A stretch of DNA of 24,000 nucleotides, taken from Verrucomicrobiota bacterium. GTDB lineage: Bacteria > Verrucomicrobiota > Verrucomicrobiia > Opitutales > UBA953. Positions 16,364 to 24,000 of the stretch are shown piece after piece. The notes under the pieces are model-generated. The model searched no databases and had not been told where the DNA came from. It worked only from the letters and a program-made list of their open reading frames with translations. The position numbers and the translations under genes were made by a program. The stretch's first letter is position 1, and each line of letters opens with the position of its first letter. The DNA is taken from contig VHDL01000013.1 in assembly GCA_016871415.1 (NCBI GenBank), positions 31,725-55,724 on the forward strand. Reading direction: 5' to 3'.

Positions 16364-16422
16364 TTATTTAAACTTGACCTTATCTTGTAATCTTTGGTAA
16401 GGTTATCAAGTATTAAATCACC
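16364..16422. promoter_or_regulatory. AT-rich divergent promoter/operator region between cobA and cysI
   Basis: This is the only strongly AT-rich 59-nt stretch in the window. It has a -35-like TTGACC at 16374-16379, with TAAGGT at 16398-16403 after an 18-nt spacer. A 6-bp inverted repeat ACCTTA (16377-16382) / TAAGGT (16398-16403) is separated by 15 nt. TTATC direct repeats lie at 16380 and 16403. Confidence 0.4.
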
Positions 16423-18177
16423 ATGGATACACACGCTGCGAAGCCCCTGACCAAGAACGAACTCCTCAAGGCGGACAAACCGGACCTTTCCGGCACGATC
16501 CGGGAGACTTTGGCCAACCCCGCCGCCGACCGTTTCAGTGGCGACGACGAGCAGTTCATCAAGTTCCACGGCATCTACCAGCAGGATGACCGTGACAAGC
16601 GCAAGACGGGCAAGGTCTTCTCGGTCATGGTGCGTACGCGGCAGACGGGCGGCATCGTCCCCGCGGCCCAATACCTGGTGTATGACGACCTTTCCGGTCG
16701 GTTCGCCAACGGCACGCTGCGCATCACGTCCCGCCAGACTTTCCAGTTCCACGGCGTGGTGCAGCAGGGAATCGGTCCGCTCATCAAGTCGATCAACGAC
16801 GCCCTCTCCTCCACGCTGGCGACCTGCGGCGACGTAAACCGCAACGTCACGGCTCCCTCGAATCCCCCGGTCGACGCCGTCACGCTGGCGGTCGAGGACG
16901 ACGCGTTCACGCTCACCAAGGCGCTCCTGCCCCGCACGACGGCCTACCACTCAATCTGGGTGGACGGCGTGCAGGTGGACCTCGGGCTCGGCGACAAGAT
17001 CGCCAAGGCTCGTGCCGTGGTCGACCAGGCCAACCCTTACCTGCCTCCGCCCGCGGACCTCGATGACAGCGGGGCCCCGGTGGATGCGCTGTACGGCAAG
17101 ACCTACCTGCCCCGCAAGTTCAAGACCGGCTTCGCCATCCCGCCGAACAACGACGTGGACATCTTCACCAACGACATGGGCTTCGTCGCCATCGTCGAGG
17201 ACGGCAAGCTGGTCGGCTACGACCTGCTCGTCGGCGGCGGACTCGGCACCTCGCACGGCAACAAGGCCACCTACCCGCGCCTGGCCGACATAATCGGCTT
17301 CCTCACCCGTGACCAGGTGGTCAAGGTCGGCGAGGCCGTCATCAAGATCCATCGCGACTGGGGCGACCGCACGGACCGCAAGCACGCACGCATCAAGTAC
17401 GTGCTGCAGGAGAAGGGGGTCGAATGGTTCAGGGCCGAGCTCGCCAAGCACCTCGGCGCGCCGCTTCCCGCCGCCAAGCCTTTCTTCTTCAAGGGCCAGG
17501 GCGACGCGTTCGGCTGGACCAAGCAGGCCGACGGCAAGTGGTTCCTCGGACTCTTCGTCGAGACGGGCCGCGTCAAGGACGCCGGCGACTACCGCCTCAA
17601 GTCGGCCCTCCGCGTGATCGCCGAAAAGTTCGCGCCCACGTTCCGACTCACGGCCACGCAGAATTTGATTCTCTCCGACGTCAAGGACTCCGACAAGGCC
17701 GCGCTGGAACAGACCCTCCGCGACCACGGCTGCGCCCTGGTCTTCAATCCCGGACTCATCAAGGGACGCGGCATGGCCTGCCCCGCCCTGCCCACCTGCG
17801 GACTCTCCCTCGCGGAGTCGGAACGCGTCTTCCCGGCCCTGCTCGACCGCATCGAACAGGCTCAGTCCGTCGCTGGCTTCGGTGGCGAAGAGCTCGTCGT
17901 GCGCATGACGGGCTGCCCCAACGGATGCGCCCGCCCCTACAACGCCGAAATCGGTTTCGTGGGCAAGGCGCCCGGCAAATACAACCTAATGCTCGGCGGC
18001 AACCGCGAAGGCACGCGTCTCGCGCGCCTCTACCGCGAATCGGTGGCCTACGACGAGATTCCGAACGTCCTCTCGGGACTGTTCCAGCAGTACGCCAAGG
18101 AACGCCGCGCCGGCCAAGCGTTCGGCGACTGGGCTGACGGAGCGCCGATCTGGCCCGCCGCGGCGCCCCAGGCCTGA
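16423..18177 (+). CDS. cysI: Assimilatory sulfite reductase hemoprotein (siroheme/[4Fe-4S]) subunit, CysI-type
   Basis: Colinear with E. coli CysI as I recall it: FIKFHGIYQQDDRD, RITSRQTFQFHG, YLPRKFKTGFAIPPNNDVD, LLVGGGLG and the cluster cysteines MACPALPTCGL...TGCPNGCARP. Confidence 0.92.
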   Translation: MDTHAAKPLTKNELLKADKPDLSGTIRETLANPAADRFSGDDEQFIKFHGIYQQDDRDKRKTGKVFSVMVRTRQTGGIVPAAQYLVYDDLSGRFANGTLRITSRQTFQFHGVVQQGIGPLIKSINDALSSTLATCGDVNRNVTAPSNPPVDAVTLAVEDDAFTLTKALLPRTTAYHSIWVDGVQVDLGLGDKIAKARAVVDQANPYLPPPADLDDSGAPVDALYGKTYLPRKFKTGFAIPPNNDVDIFTNDMGFVAIVEDGKLVGYDLLVGGGLGTSHGNKATYPRLADIIGFLTRDQVVKVGEAVIKIHRDWGDRTDRKHARIKYVLQEKGVEWFRAELAKHLGAPLPAAKPFFFKGQGDAFGWTKQADGKWFLGLFVETGRVKDAGDYRLKSALRVIAEKFAPTFRLTATQNLILSDVKDSDKAALEQTLRDHGCALVFNPGLIKGRGMACPALPTCGLSLAESERVFPALLDRIEQAQSVAGFGGEELVVRMTGCPNGCARPYNAEIGFVGKAPGKYNLMLGGNREGTRLARLYRESVAYDEIPNVLSGLFQQYAKERRAGQAFGDWADGAPIWPAAAPQA

Positions 18178-18187
18178 TTCACCCAGA

Positions 18188-18898
18188 ATGGCCCTGCCCG
18201 ACCCATCGCAGCTCACGGAGATTGACGGACGCCTCAGTGGGCTGTCCGCCGAAGACCGTCTGCGCTGGGCCCATCAGACCTTCGGCGACCGCGCCGGCAT
18301 CGGCACGAGCTTCCAGCCCGCGGGCGTGGTCATCCTCCATCTGGCCAGGACGGCCGGTCTGCCCATCAAGGCCTTCACGCTGAACACCGGCCTGCTCTTC
18401 CCCGAGACAATCGCCTTCAAGGCCGAAATCGAGCGGATCCTCGGTATCAAGGTCGACGATGTGGAGCCGGAGCAGACCGTAGAGCAGCAGGCCACCGCCC
18501 ACGGCCCCGAGCTCTGGAAGCGCGATCCCGAGAAATGCTGCGAACTGCGCAAGGTCCAGCCCCTCGGCCGCCGGCTGTTCGACCTCGACCTCTGGATCTC
18601 CGGACTGCGTCGCGACCAGAGCGCCGAGCGCGCCTCCACGCCCCTGCTCAGCCTAGCGTCCCGTCCCGACGGCTCCGACGTCTGGAAGCTCAACCCCCTC
18701 GTCGACTGGGGCAAGGAACGCGTACGCGAATACCTCGCCGCCCACGGCCTGCCCCACAACCCGCTCATCGACCGCGGGTACCAATCCATCGGCTGCGCTC
18801 CCTGCACCGCACCCTCCTCCGGCGGCGACGAACGCGGCGGCCGCTGGCCTGGCTTCGACAAGCGCGAGTGCGGCCTCCACACCCGCGCCAAGAAGTAA
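18188..18898 (+). CDS. cysH: Adenylyl-sulfate/phosphoadenylyl-sulfate reductase (thioredoxin-dependent), Fe-S type by motif
   Basis: C-terminal catalytic ECGLH. The cysteine pairs KCCELRKVQPL and SIGCAPCT are characteristic of [4Fe-4S]-containing APS reductases. Confidence 0.9.
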   Translation: MALPDPSQLTEIDGRLSGLSAEDRLRWAHQTFGDRAGIGTSFQPAGVVILHLARTAGLPIKAFTLNTGLLFPETIAFKAEIERILGIKVDDVEPEQTVEQQATAHGPELWKRDPEKCCELRKVQPLGRRLFDLDLWISGLRRDQSAERASTPLLSLASRPDGSDVWKLNPLVDWGKERVREYLAAHGLPHNPLIDRGYQSIGCAPCTAPSSGGDERGGRWPGFDKRECGLHTRAKK

Positions 18899-18905
18899 CC
18901 CTCTT

Positions 18906-18950
<45 letters not shown>

Positions 18951-18959
18951 TTACACCCA

Positions 18960-19781
18960 ATGTCCCGCACCGCACAAAACGACCACCTGACCCGCCTCGA
19001 GCAGACCTCGATGCACATCTTCCGCGAAGCCTTCGCCAACTTCCGCTCGTTGTGCATGCCGTGGTCGATGGGCAAGGACTCCAACGTCCTCATCTGGCTC
19101 GCCCGCAAGGCCTTCTGCGGCAAGATCCCCTTCCCGCTCCTGCACATCGACACGACCTACGAATTCCCGGAGATGTATGAGTTCCGGGAGAAGGCCAGGG
19201 CGATCCACGGCATCGACCTCATCGTGCGCATCAATGAGGACGCCATCCGCCGGGGCGTCGGCTACGCCACCCACGACCCGGTCACGGTCACGCACGAGCT
19301 CAAGACCGTCGCGCTCAAGCAGGCCCTGGCCGAATACAAGTGGGACGCGCTGGTGACCGGCATCCGCCGCGACGAGGACCCCACCCGCGCCAAGGAGCGC
19401 TGGTTCTCCCCCCGCACGGCCGACAGCACCTGGGACTACAAGGACCAGCCCCCCGAATTCTGGGGCCAGTTCGCCAGCGTCGCCCCCGAGGGCGGCCACA
19501 TCCGCGTGCAACCCCTGCTCGAGTGGACCGAACTGGACATCTGGGAGTACATCCGCCGCGAGAACATCCCGAATCCCACCCTCTACTTCTCCCGCAACGG
19601 CAAGCGCTTCCGCTCCCTCGGCTGCCACCCAATCACGCATCCCGTGGAAAGCCCGGCCAGCAACATCGACGAGGTCATCGAGGAGCTGCGCCGCACCAAG
19701 GTGAGCGAACGCGCGGGCCGCGCCCAGGACCACGTCGGACGCAACTCCATGCAGGAGCTGCGCGCCAAGGGCTTCATGTGA
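18960..19781 (+). CDS. cysD: Sulfate adenylyltransferase subunit 2
   Basis: PAPS-reductase/ATP-PPase fold with SMGKDS (SGGKDS-like), GIRRDE, WNQ-region equivalents and the C-terminal ERAGRAQD...[10 protein letters not shown] typical of CysD. Confidence 0.95.
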   Translation: MSRTAQNDHLTRLEQTSMHIFREAFANFRSLCMPWSMGKDSNVLIWLARKAFCGKIPFPLLHIDTTYEFPEMYEFREKARAIHGIDLIVRINEDAIRRGVGYATHDPVTVTHELKTVALKQALAEYKWDALVTGIRRDEDPTRAKERWFSPRTADSTWDYKDQPPEFWGQFASVAPEGGHIRVQPLLEWTELDIWEYIRRENIPNPTLYFSRNGKRFRSLGCHPITHPVESPASNIDEVIEELRRTKVSERAGRAQDHVGRNSMQELRAKGFM

Positions 19782-19792
19782 TTTCCGAAACC

Positions 19793-21682
19793 ATGTCCAC
19801 CTCCCCTTCCACCCTCCCCGCCGCCCCCGTGTCAGAGCAGACCGAGGACCATCGCAGGATGCACGTGGTCGTCGTCGGTCACGTCGACCACGGCAAGTCC
19901 ACCTTCGTCGGGCGGCTCCTGAACGACACCGACTCGCTGCCCAACGGCAAGATGGATCAGGTCCGACGCAACTGCGCCGCCGAAGGCATGGAGTTCGAAT
20001 ACGCCTTCCTGCTCGACGCCCTCATCGAGGAGCAGGAGCAGAATATCACCATCGACACCACGCGCATCTTCTTCCGCACCAAGAAGCGCGCCTACGCAAT
20101 CATCGACGCCCCGGGCCACAAAGAGTTCCTCAAGAACATGGTCACCGGAGCCGCCTCGGCCTCGGCTGCCCTGCTGCTCATTGACGCCCATGAGGGCGTG
20201 ATGGACCAGTCCCGACGACACGCGTTCCTGCTCTCCCTGCTGGGAGTCCGTCAGCTGGTCGTGCTGGTGAACAAGATGGACCTGGTGGATCAGTCGGAGG
20301 AGACCTATCGACGTATCGTCGCTGAATACTCCGCCTTCCTGAAGTCGCTCGGTCTACAGGCCGCCCACTTCATCCCGATCGCCGCTAAGCACGGCGAGAA
20401 CGTGGTCGAACGCTCGGCCAAGATGGCCTGGTGGCGCGGCCCGACGGTCACGGAGGCGCTGGACACCTTCACGCACGAGGACGACCTCACGTGCCTCCCG
20501 CTCCGCCTGCCCGTCTCCGACATCTACCGGTTCGACCACCGTCGCATCGTCGCCGGACGCGTCGAGGCCGGAGCAATCCGTCCCGGCGAGGAGCTGGTCT
20601 TCCAGCCCGGCGGACGACGCAGCGTGGCCAAGACCTTCGAGGACTGGCCCGGCCCCTCCCGAGACGTGGTCGGCACGGGCGGCTCCGCCAGCGTGACCTT
20701 GACCGAACAGATCTTCGTTGAACGCGGCCAGATCGCCTCGCACGCCACGTCTCAGCCCCGCGTCGGACGTGAGTTCCGCGCCCGCGTCTTCTGGCTGGGC
20801 AAGGAACCCCTGGTGCCCTCCAAGACCTACCGTCTGCGACTACTGACCCAGAACGTCGAGGCGGTCGTGGCGAAGATCGAGAAGGTCACCGACGCCTCAA
20901 CGCTCGCCTCCGTGCCGTCCGATTCAGTGCCGCGCGACTCCATCTGCGAGATCATCGTCCGCGCCACGCGACCCATCGCCTTCGACCTGCATCACGAGTG
21001 CCCGGTGACGGGCCGCTTCGCCCTGGAGGAGGGCGGACGCATCCACGGAGGCGGCATCATCCTCGAAGCCCGCTCCGAAGGCGGCAAGGGCTCCGGCAAG
21101 GTCACCGCGGCCGAACGGACCGCACGAGCCGGACACCCGCCCGCGGTGGTCTGGTTTACGGGCCTGTCGGGCTCGGGTAAGTCGACCGTCGCCGAACTGG
21201 TCGAACGACGCCTCTTCGACGCGGGACGCAACGTCATCCGGGTCGACGGTGACGACCTGCGCGCCGGACTGAACCGCGACCTCGGATTCTCCGCCGCCGA
21301 CCGTGCCGAAAGCGTACGTCGCGCCGCCGCCGTCGCGGGACTGCACGCCAACGCCGGCCAAATCGCGCTGGTCACGCTCATCGCCCCGCTGGCCGCCGAC
21401 CGCGCCAAGGCACGGGCCGCCCTCGCCAACCACCCCTTCATCGAGGTCTTCGTCGACGCCCCGCTGGAAGTCTGCGAAAGGCGCGACGTGAAGGGACTCT
21501 ATGCGAAGGCCCGCAAGGGCGAGATTGCCGAGTTCACCGGCATCTCATCACCCTACGAGACGCCCGAATCTCCCGAAGTCCACGTCCGCACCGATCGCAA
21601 CACGACCGAACAGGCCGCGGACCAGGTCCTGCAGGCCATCGACCGCATCCTCGCCGGCAAGGGCGAAGACTGGGAAGTGTGA
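19793..21682 (+). CDS. cysNC: Bifunctional sulfate adenylyltransferase subunit 1 (GTPase) / adenylyl-sulfate kinase
   Basis: ATG at 19793. GTPase motifs [14 protein letters not shown] and NKMD. The C-terminal APS kinase has the P-loop [11 protein letters not shown] and GFSAADR. The 19340 start of the 780-aa ORF overlaps cysD out of frame and is rejected. Confidence 0.93.
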   Translation: MSTSPSTLPAAPVSEQTEDHRRMHVVVVGHVDHGKSTFVGRLLNDTDSLPNGKMDQVRRNCAAEGMEFEYAFLLDALIEEQEQNITIDTTRIFFRTKKRAYAIIDAPGHKEFLKNMVTGAASASAALLLIDAHEGVMDQSRRHAFLLSLLGVRQLVVLVNKMDLVDQSEETYRRIVAEYSAFLKSLGLQAAHFIPIAAKHGENVVERSAKMAWWRGPTVTEALDTFTHEDDLTCLPLRLPVSDIYRFDHRRIVAGRVEAGAIRPGEELVFQPGGRRSVAKTFEDWPGPSRDVVGTGGSASVTLTEQIFVERGQIASHATSQPRVGREFRARVFWLGKEPLVPSKTYRLRLLTQNVEAVVAKIEKVTDASTLASVPSDSVPRDSICEIIVRATRPIAFDLHHECPVTGRFALEEGGRIHGGGIILEARSEGGKGSGKVTAAERTARAGHPPAVVWFTGLSGSGKSTVAELVERRLFDAGRNVIRVDGDDLRAGLNRDLGFSAADRAESVRRAAAVAGLHANAGQIALVTLIAPLAADRAKARAALANHPFIEVFVDAPLEVCERRDVKGLYAKARKGEIAEFTGISSPYETPESPEVHVRTDRNTTEQAADQVLQAIDRILAGKGEDWEV

Positions 21683-21712
21683 GCGTAGCGTAGCTTCGCA
21701 GGGCTAGAGACA

Positions 21713-21747
21713 GGGCTGAAGCTAGGAAACTAGTCCCAGCCTTTTTG
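21713..21747 (+). terminator. Candidate intrinsic terminator downstream of cysNC
   Basis: Hairpin formed by GGCTG (21714-21718) / CAGCC (21737-21741) plus CTAG (21722-21725) / CTAG (21730-21733) around a GAAA loop. It is followed immediately by TTTTT (21742-21746). The stem is interrupted by a 3x3 internal loop, so the call is moderate at best. Confidence 0.45.
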
Positions 21748-21834
21748 CTTATTCCCACCCCTATCCGATAGCTAACCCTAGCCATGGCTCTATCCCTAGG
21801 TGCCCCCTTGCCCACGTGCCCGCTTGTCCCCTAA

Positions 21835-23316
21835 ATGGGACCCATGCGCCTCACCCCTGCCGCCCTCCTGATCTTCAGCTGCCTGACCGCCTTGGCGGCC
21901 CCCCGCAAGAACGTCCTGCTCCTCGTGTCGGACGACTGCGGCGCCCGCATGGGCACCTACGGCGGCCCGGCGCTGACGCCGAACATCGACGCGCTCGCCC
22001 GCACCGGCGTCCGCTTCGACCGCGCCTACTGCCAATACGCTCTCTGCAATCCGAGTCGTACCTCCTTCCTGACGGGACTCCGTCCGGACACCACCGGGGT
22101 CTACGACAACGCGAAGGAATTCCGAAAGGTGATCCCTGACATGGTGACCATGCCTCAGCTCTTCAAGAACAACGGATACTCGGTCGCCCGCATCGGCAAG
22201 CTTTACCATTACGGCGTGCCCAAGGAGATCGGCACCGACGGCCTCGACGACCCACAGTCCTGGGAGAAGGTCTGGAACCCCCGCGGCCGCGACTGCGACG
22301 ACGAAGACAAGATCTTCTCGATCGGCGTCGGTGCCGGCAGTTCCGCCGACAAAGCCAAGGGCAACATGGGGCAGATCCTCGTCGGGTCGGGCAACTACGG
22401 CGGGACGCTGAGCTGGCTCGCGGCCGACGGCACCGACGCCGAGCAGACCGACGGCAAGATCGCCGCGCAGGCCATCAGTTTCCTCCAACAGAAGCGGTCC
22501 CAGCCCTTCTTCCTGGCGGTCGGCTTCTTCCGCCCCCACACGCCCTACGTGGCTCCCAAATCCTATTTCCGGAACTACCCCAAGGATAAGGTCGAGCTCG
22601 TCCCCGACCCCTCCGCGGACCGCGCCTCGAAACCGCAGGTCGCCTTGTCCAATACGGCCGTGGCCAACTACGGCATGACCGAAGACACGCAACGCACGGC
22701 CAAGCAGGCCTACCTCGCCTCGATGACCTTCATGGACACACAGTTCGGCCTGGTGCTCGCCGAACTGAAGAGGCAGGGGCTCGACCAGAACACGGTCGTC
22801 GTCTTCATCAGCGACCACGGCTACAACCTCGGCGAACACGGACTCTGGCAGAAACGCTCCCTCTACGAGGACTCCGCCCGCGTGCCGCTCATCATCCGCG
22901 ATCCGGGCAATCCCGCCAACGGGCACTCGACGAAGCGCGTGGCCGAACTCGTCGACCTCTACCCGACCGTCGCCGATCTGTGCGACCTGACCCCCGACAA
23001 ACGCGCCCAAGGCAAGAGCCTGCGTCCGCTGCTCGCCAACCCTGAATCGGTGTGGAGTCACGCCGCGTACACCCAGGTCGACTTCGGCGCCATCAACGCC
23101 GGCGGCAAGAAGAAGGCCGCCACGCCGGAACGCAAGGTCGGCCGCTCGGTCCGGACCGAACGCTACCGTTATACGGAATGGAACGAAGGTCGACTCGGCG
23201 TGGAACTTTACGATCACGACGCTGACCCGAAGGAACTGAAGAACCTAGCCGCCGATCCCGCCTACGCTTCCATCGTCTCGTCGCTCAAGGCCACCCTCGC
23301 GAAGGGGACGAACTAA
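21835..23316 (+). CDS. Secreted family S1 sulfatase (formylglycine-dependent; iduronate-2-sulfatase-like)
   Basis: Signal peptide MGPMRLTPAALLIFSCLTALAAP. Sulfatase signature C-x-P-x-R in YALCNPSRTSFLTG, the N-terminal metal ligand region LLLVSDD, and SDHGYNLGEHG. An alternative ATG lies at 21844. Confidence 0.9.
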   Translation: MGPMRLTPAALLIFSCLTALAAPRKNVLLLVSDDCGARMGTYGGPALTPNIDALARTGVRFDRAYCQYALCNPSRTSFLTGLRPDTTGVYDNAKEFRKVIPDMVTMPQLFKNNGYSVARIGKLYHYGVPKEIGTDGLDDPQSWEKVWNPRGRDCDDEDKIFSIGVGAGSSADKAKGNMGQILVGSGNYGGTLSWLAADGTDAEQTDGKIAAQAISFLQQKRSQPFFLAVGFFRPHTPYVAPKSYFRNYPKDKVELVPDPSADRASKPQVALSNTAVANYGMTEDTQRTAKQAYLASMTFMDTQFGLVLAELKRQGLDQNTVVVFISDHGYNLGEHGLWQKRSLYEDSARVPLIIRDPGNPANGHSTKRVAELVDLYPTVADLCDLTPDKRAQGKSLRPLLANPESVWSHAAYTQVDFGAINAGGKKKAATPERKVGRSVRTERYRYTEWNEGRLGVELYDHDADPKELKNLAADPAYASIVSSLKATLAKGTN

Positions 23317-23414
23317 AACTGATGACCGAGTGGAGGTCCGCGTTGAGGCCTGAATAGAGGACTGAATGGATCCTCATTTCTGAAAACAGATAAACCTGCA
23401 AGGGCTGACGTGCG

Positions 23415-23448
23415 GCGAAGACAAATAAGGACAGCACGTGGTGCTGCC
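23415..23448 (-). terminator. Weak candidate terminator for the minus-strand oxidoreductase gene
   Basis: On the minus strand, stem CAGCAC/GTGCTG (23432-23437 pairing with 23441-23446) has a 3-nt loop and can extend by GG/CC with one bulge. It is followed by TCCTTATTTGTCTT. The stem is short and the U-tract imperfect. Confidence 0.3.
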
Positions 23449-23501
23449 CCTACCTCAGTTCTCGTGCCCTCCGGCCCTCCGGCCCTCGGGTCCTCGATCT
23501 T

Positions 23502-24000
23502 TCAGCTATACTTCAGCTCGACCTTCTTGCCGGTGCGGATGGATTCGTAGATGCCTTCGACGATGACCATGTCGCGTCGACCGACTTCGCCGGTGCAGGT
23601 GACCTCGGTGCCGTCACGGAAAGCCTGGGCGACGCCGTCCATGTGGCGCTGCTGCTGACGGAAGATGCCGAAGTCCAGCCTACCCTTGGCGGAGGTCGAG
23701 ATGTTGAGGTTGCGGTAACTGAAGACGGGGCGCTCGCCCTTGAACCAGCCCTTGGCCGCCTCGGCGTGAAAGAGGCCGCGGTTGTCATTGTAGCCCGTCC
23801 AGACGTCCGCCACGGCGCCGTTGGCGAACTCCAGACGGAACTCCATGGCCTCCTCGACCTCGGTGTAGAGCTCGGGCATCGTCTTAGGCAGTTCCTTGGC
23901 GATGACCGAGACGGGATTGGCGTCAGCCGCCATGCAGCACGCCTGGATGGAATACACGCCCATGTCGAGGAGCGCGCCGCCGCCGGCCAGCTTCTTCTCA
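23502..24000 (-). CDS. Gfo/Idh/MocA family oxidoreductase, C-terminal domain; the 5-prime end lies beyond the window
   Basis: The frame stays open to nt 24000, reading EKKLAGGGALLDMGVYSIQ. GGGALxDxGxY is typical of the start of the Gfo/Idh/MocA C-terminal alpha/beta domain. Stop at 23502-23504. Confidence 0.8.
   Translation of the reverse strand, partial: EKKLAGGGALLDMGVYSIQACCMAADANPVSVIAKELPKTMPELYTEVEEAMEFRLEFANGAVADVWTGYNDNRGLFHAEAAKGWFKGERPVFSYRNLNISTSAKGRLDFGIFRQQQRHMDGVAQAFRDGTEVTCTGEVGRRDMVIVEGIYESIRTGKKVELKYS

Noticed and set aside
21796-23217. A 473-aa ORF antisense to the sulfatase. Similar long antisense ORFs lie at 16951-17727, 18951-19733 and 3042-3593.
   Set aside because: These are shadows of strongly supported sense genes. 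They have low-complexity, Arg/Gly/Val-rich translations and no family resemblance.
23357-23375. Hairpin GAGGA-N9-TCCTC followed by ATTTCTG downstream of the sulfatase, as a possible terminator. A nearby direct repeat reads GAGGCCTGAAT / GAGGACTGAAT.
   Set aside because: The stem is only 5 bp, the loop is 9 nt and the T-tract is poor. That is too weak to call as a feature.

Overview
This is a high-GC, tightly packed bacterial chromosomal segment. Hand counts give about 70% GC in typical coding lines. It holds about 27 protein-coding genes, mostly on the + strand. By inference only, the content suggests a Verrucomicrobiota/Opitutales-like genome: secreted WCGxC thioredoxin-fold paralogs, an S1 sulfatase, System II CcsA and MenB.

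The window is largely housekeeping. In order, it contains:
- ccsA (partial) and a NusG-family paralog
- a YhcH-family pseudogene, a low-GC GNAT gene and a secreted esterase
- pyrF, ispD and a hypothetical protein
- menB, a PF06962-type methyltransferase and a YfcH-like epimerase
- a LysM lipoprotein, recF and secG
- a secreted hypothetical protein, a Nif3-family protein and gluQ
- three tandem secreted thioredoxin-like genes, the middle one decayed
- a siroheme plus assimilatory sulfate-reduction cluster (sirB, cobA, cysI, cysH, cysD, cysNC)
- a sulfatase and a partial Gfo/Idh/MocA oxidoreductase

I saw no rRNA, tRNA, CRISPR array, transposase, integrase or recognisable defence genes. I found no convincing evidence for a novel multi-gene system.

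The items most worth a second look are:
- (CCCTGY)n hexamer arrays filling two same-strand intergenic spacers, which form a G-quadruplex motif on the opposite strand
- the thioredoxin-fold paralog array with its decaying middle copy
- a single-gene low-GC GNAT island embedded by ATGA overlap
- an in-frame TAA in the YhcH-family gene
- a CTAG- and palindrome-dense spacer upstream of the sulfatase
- a membrane-anchored CbiX/SirB chelatase
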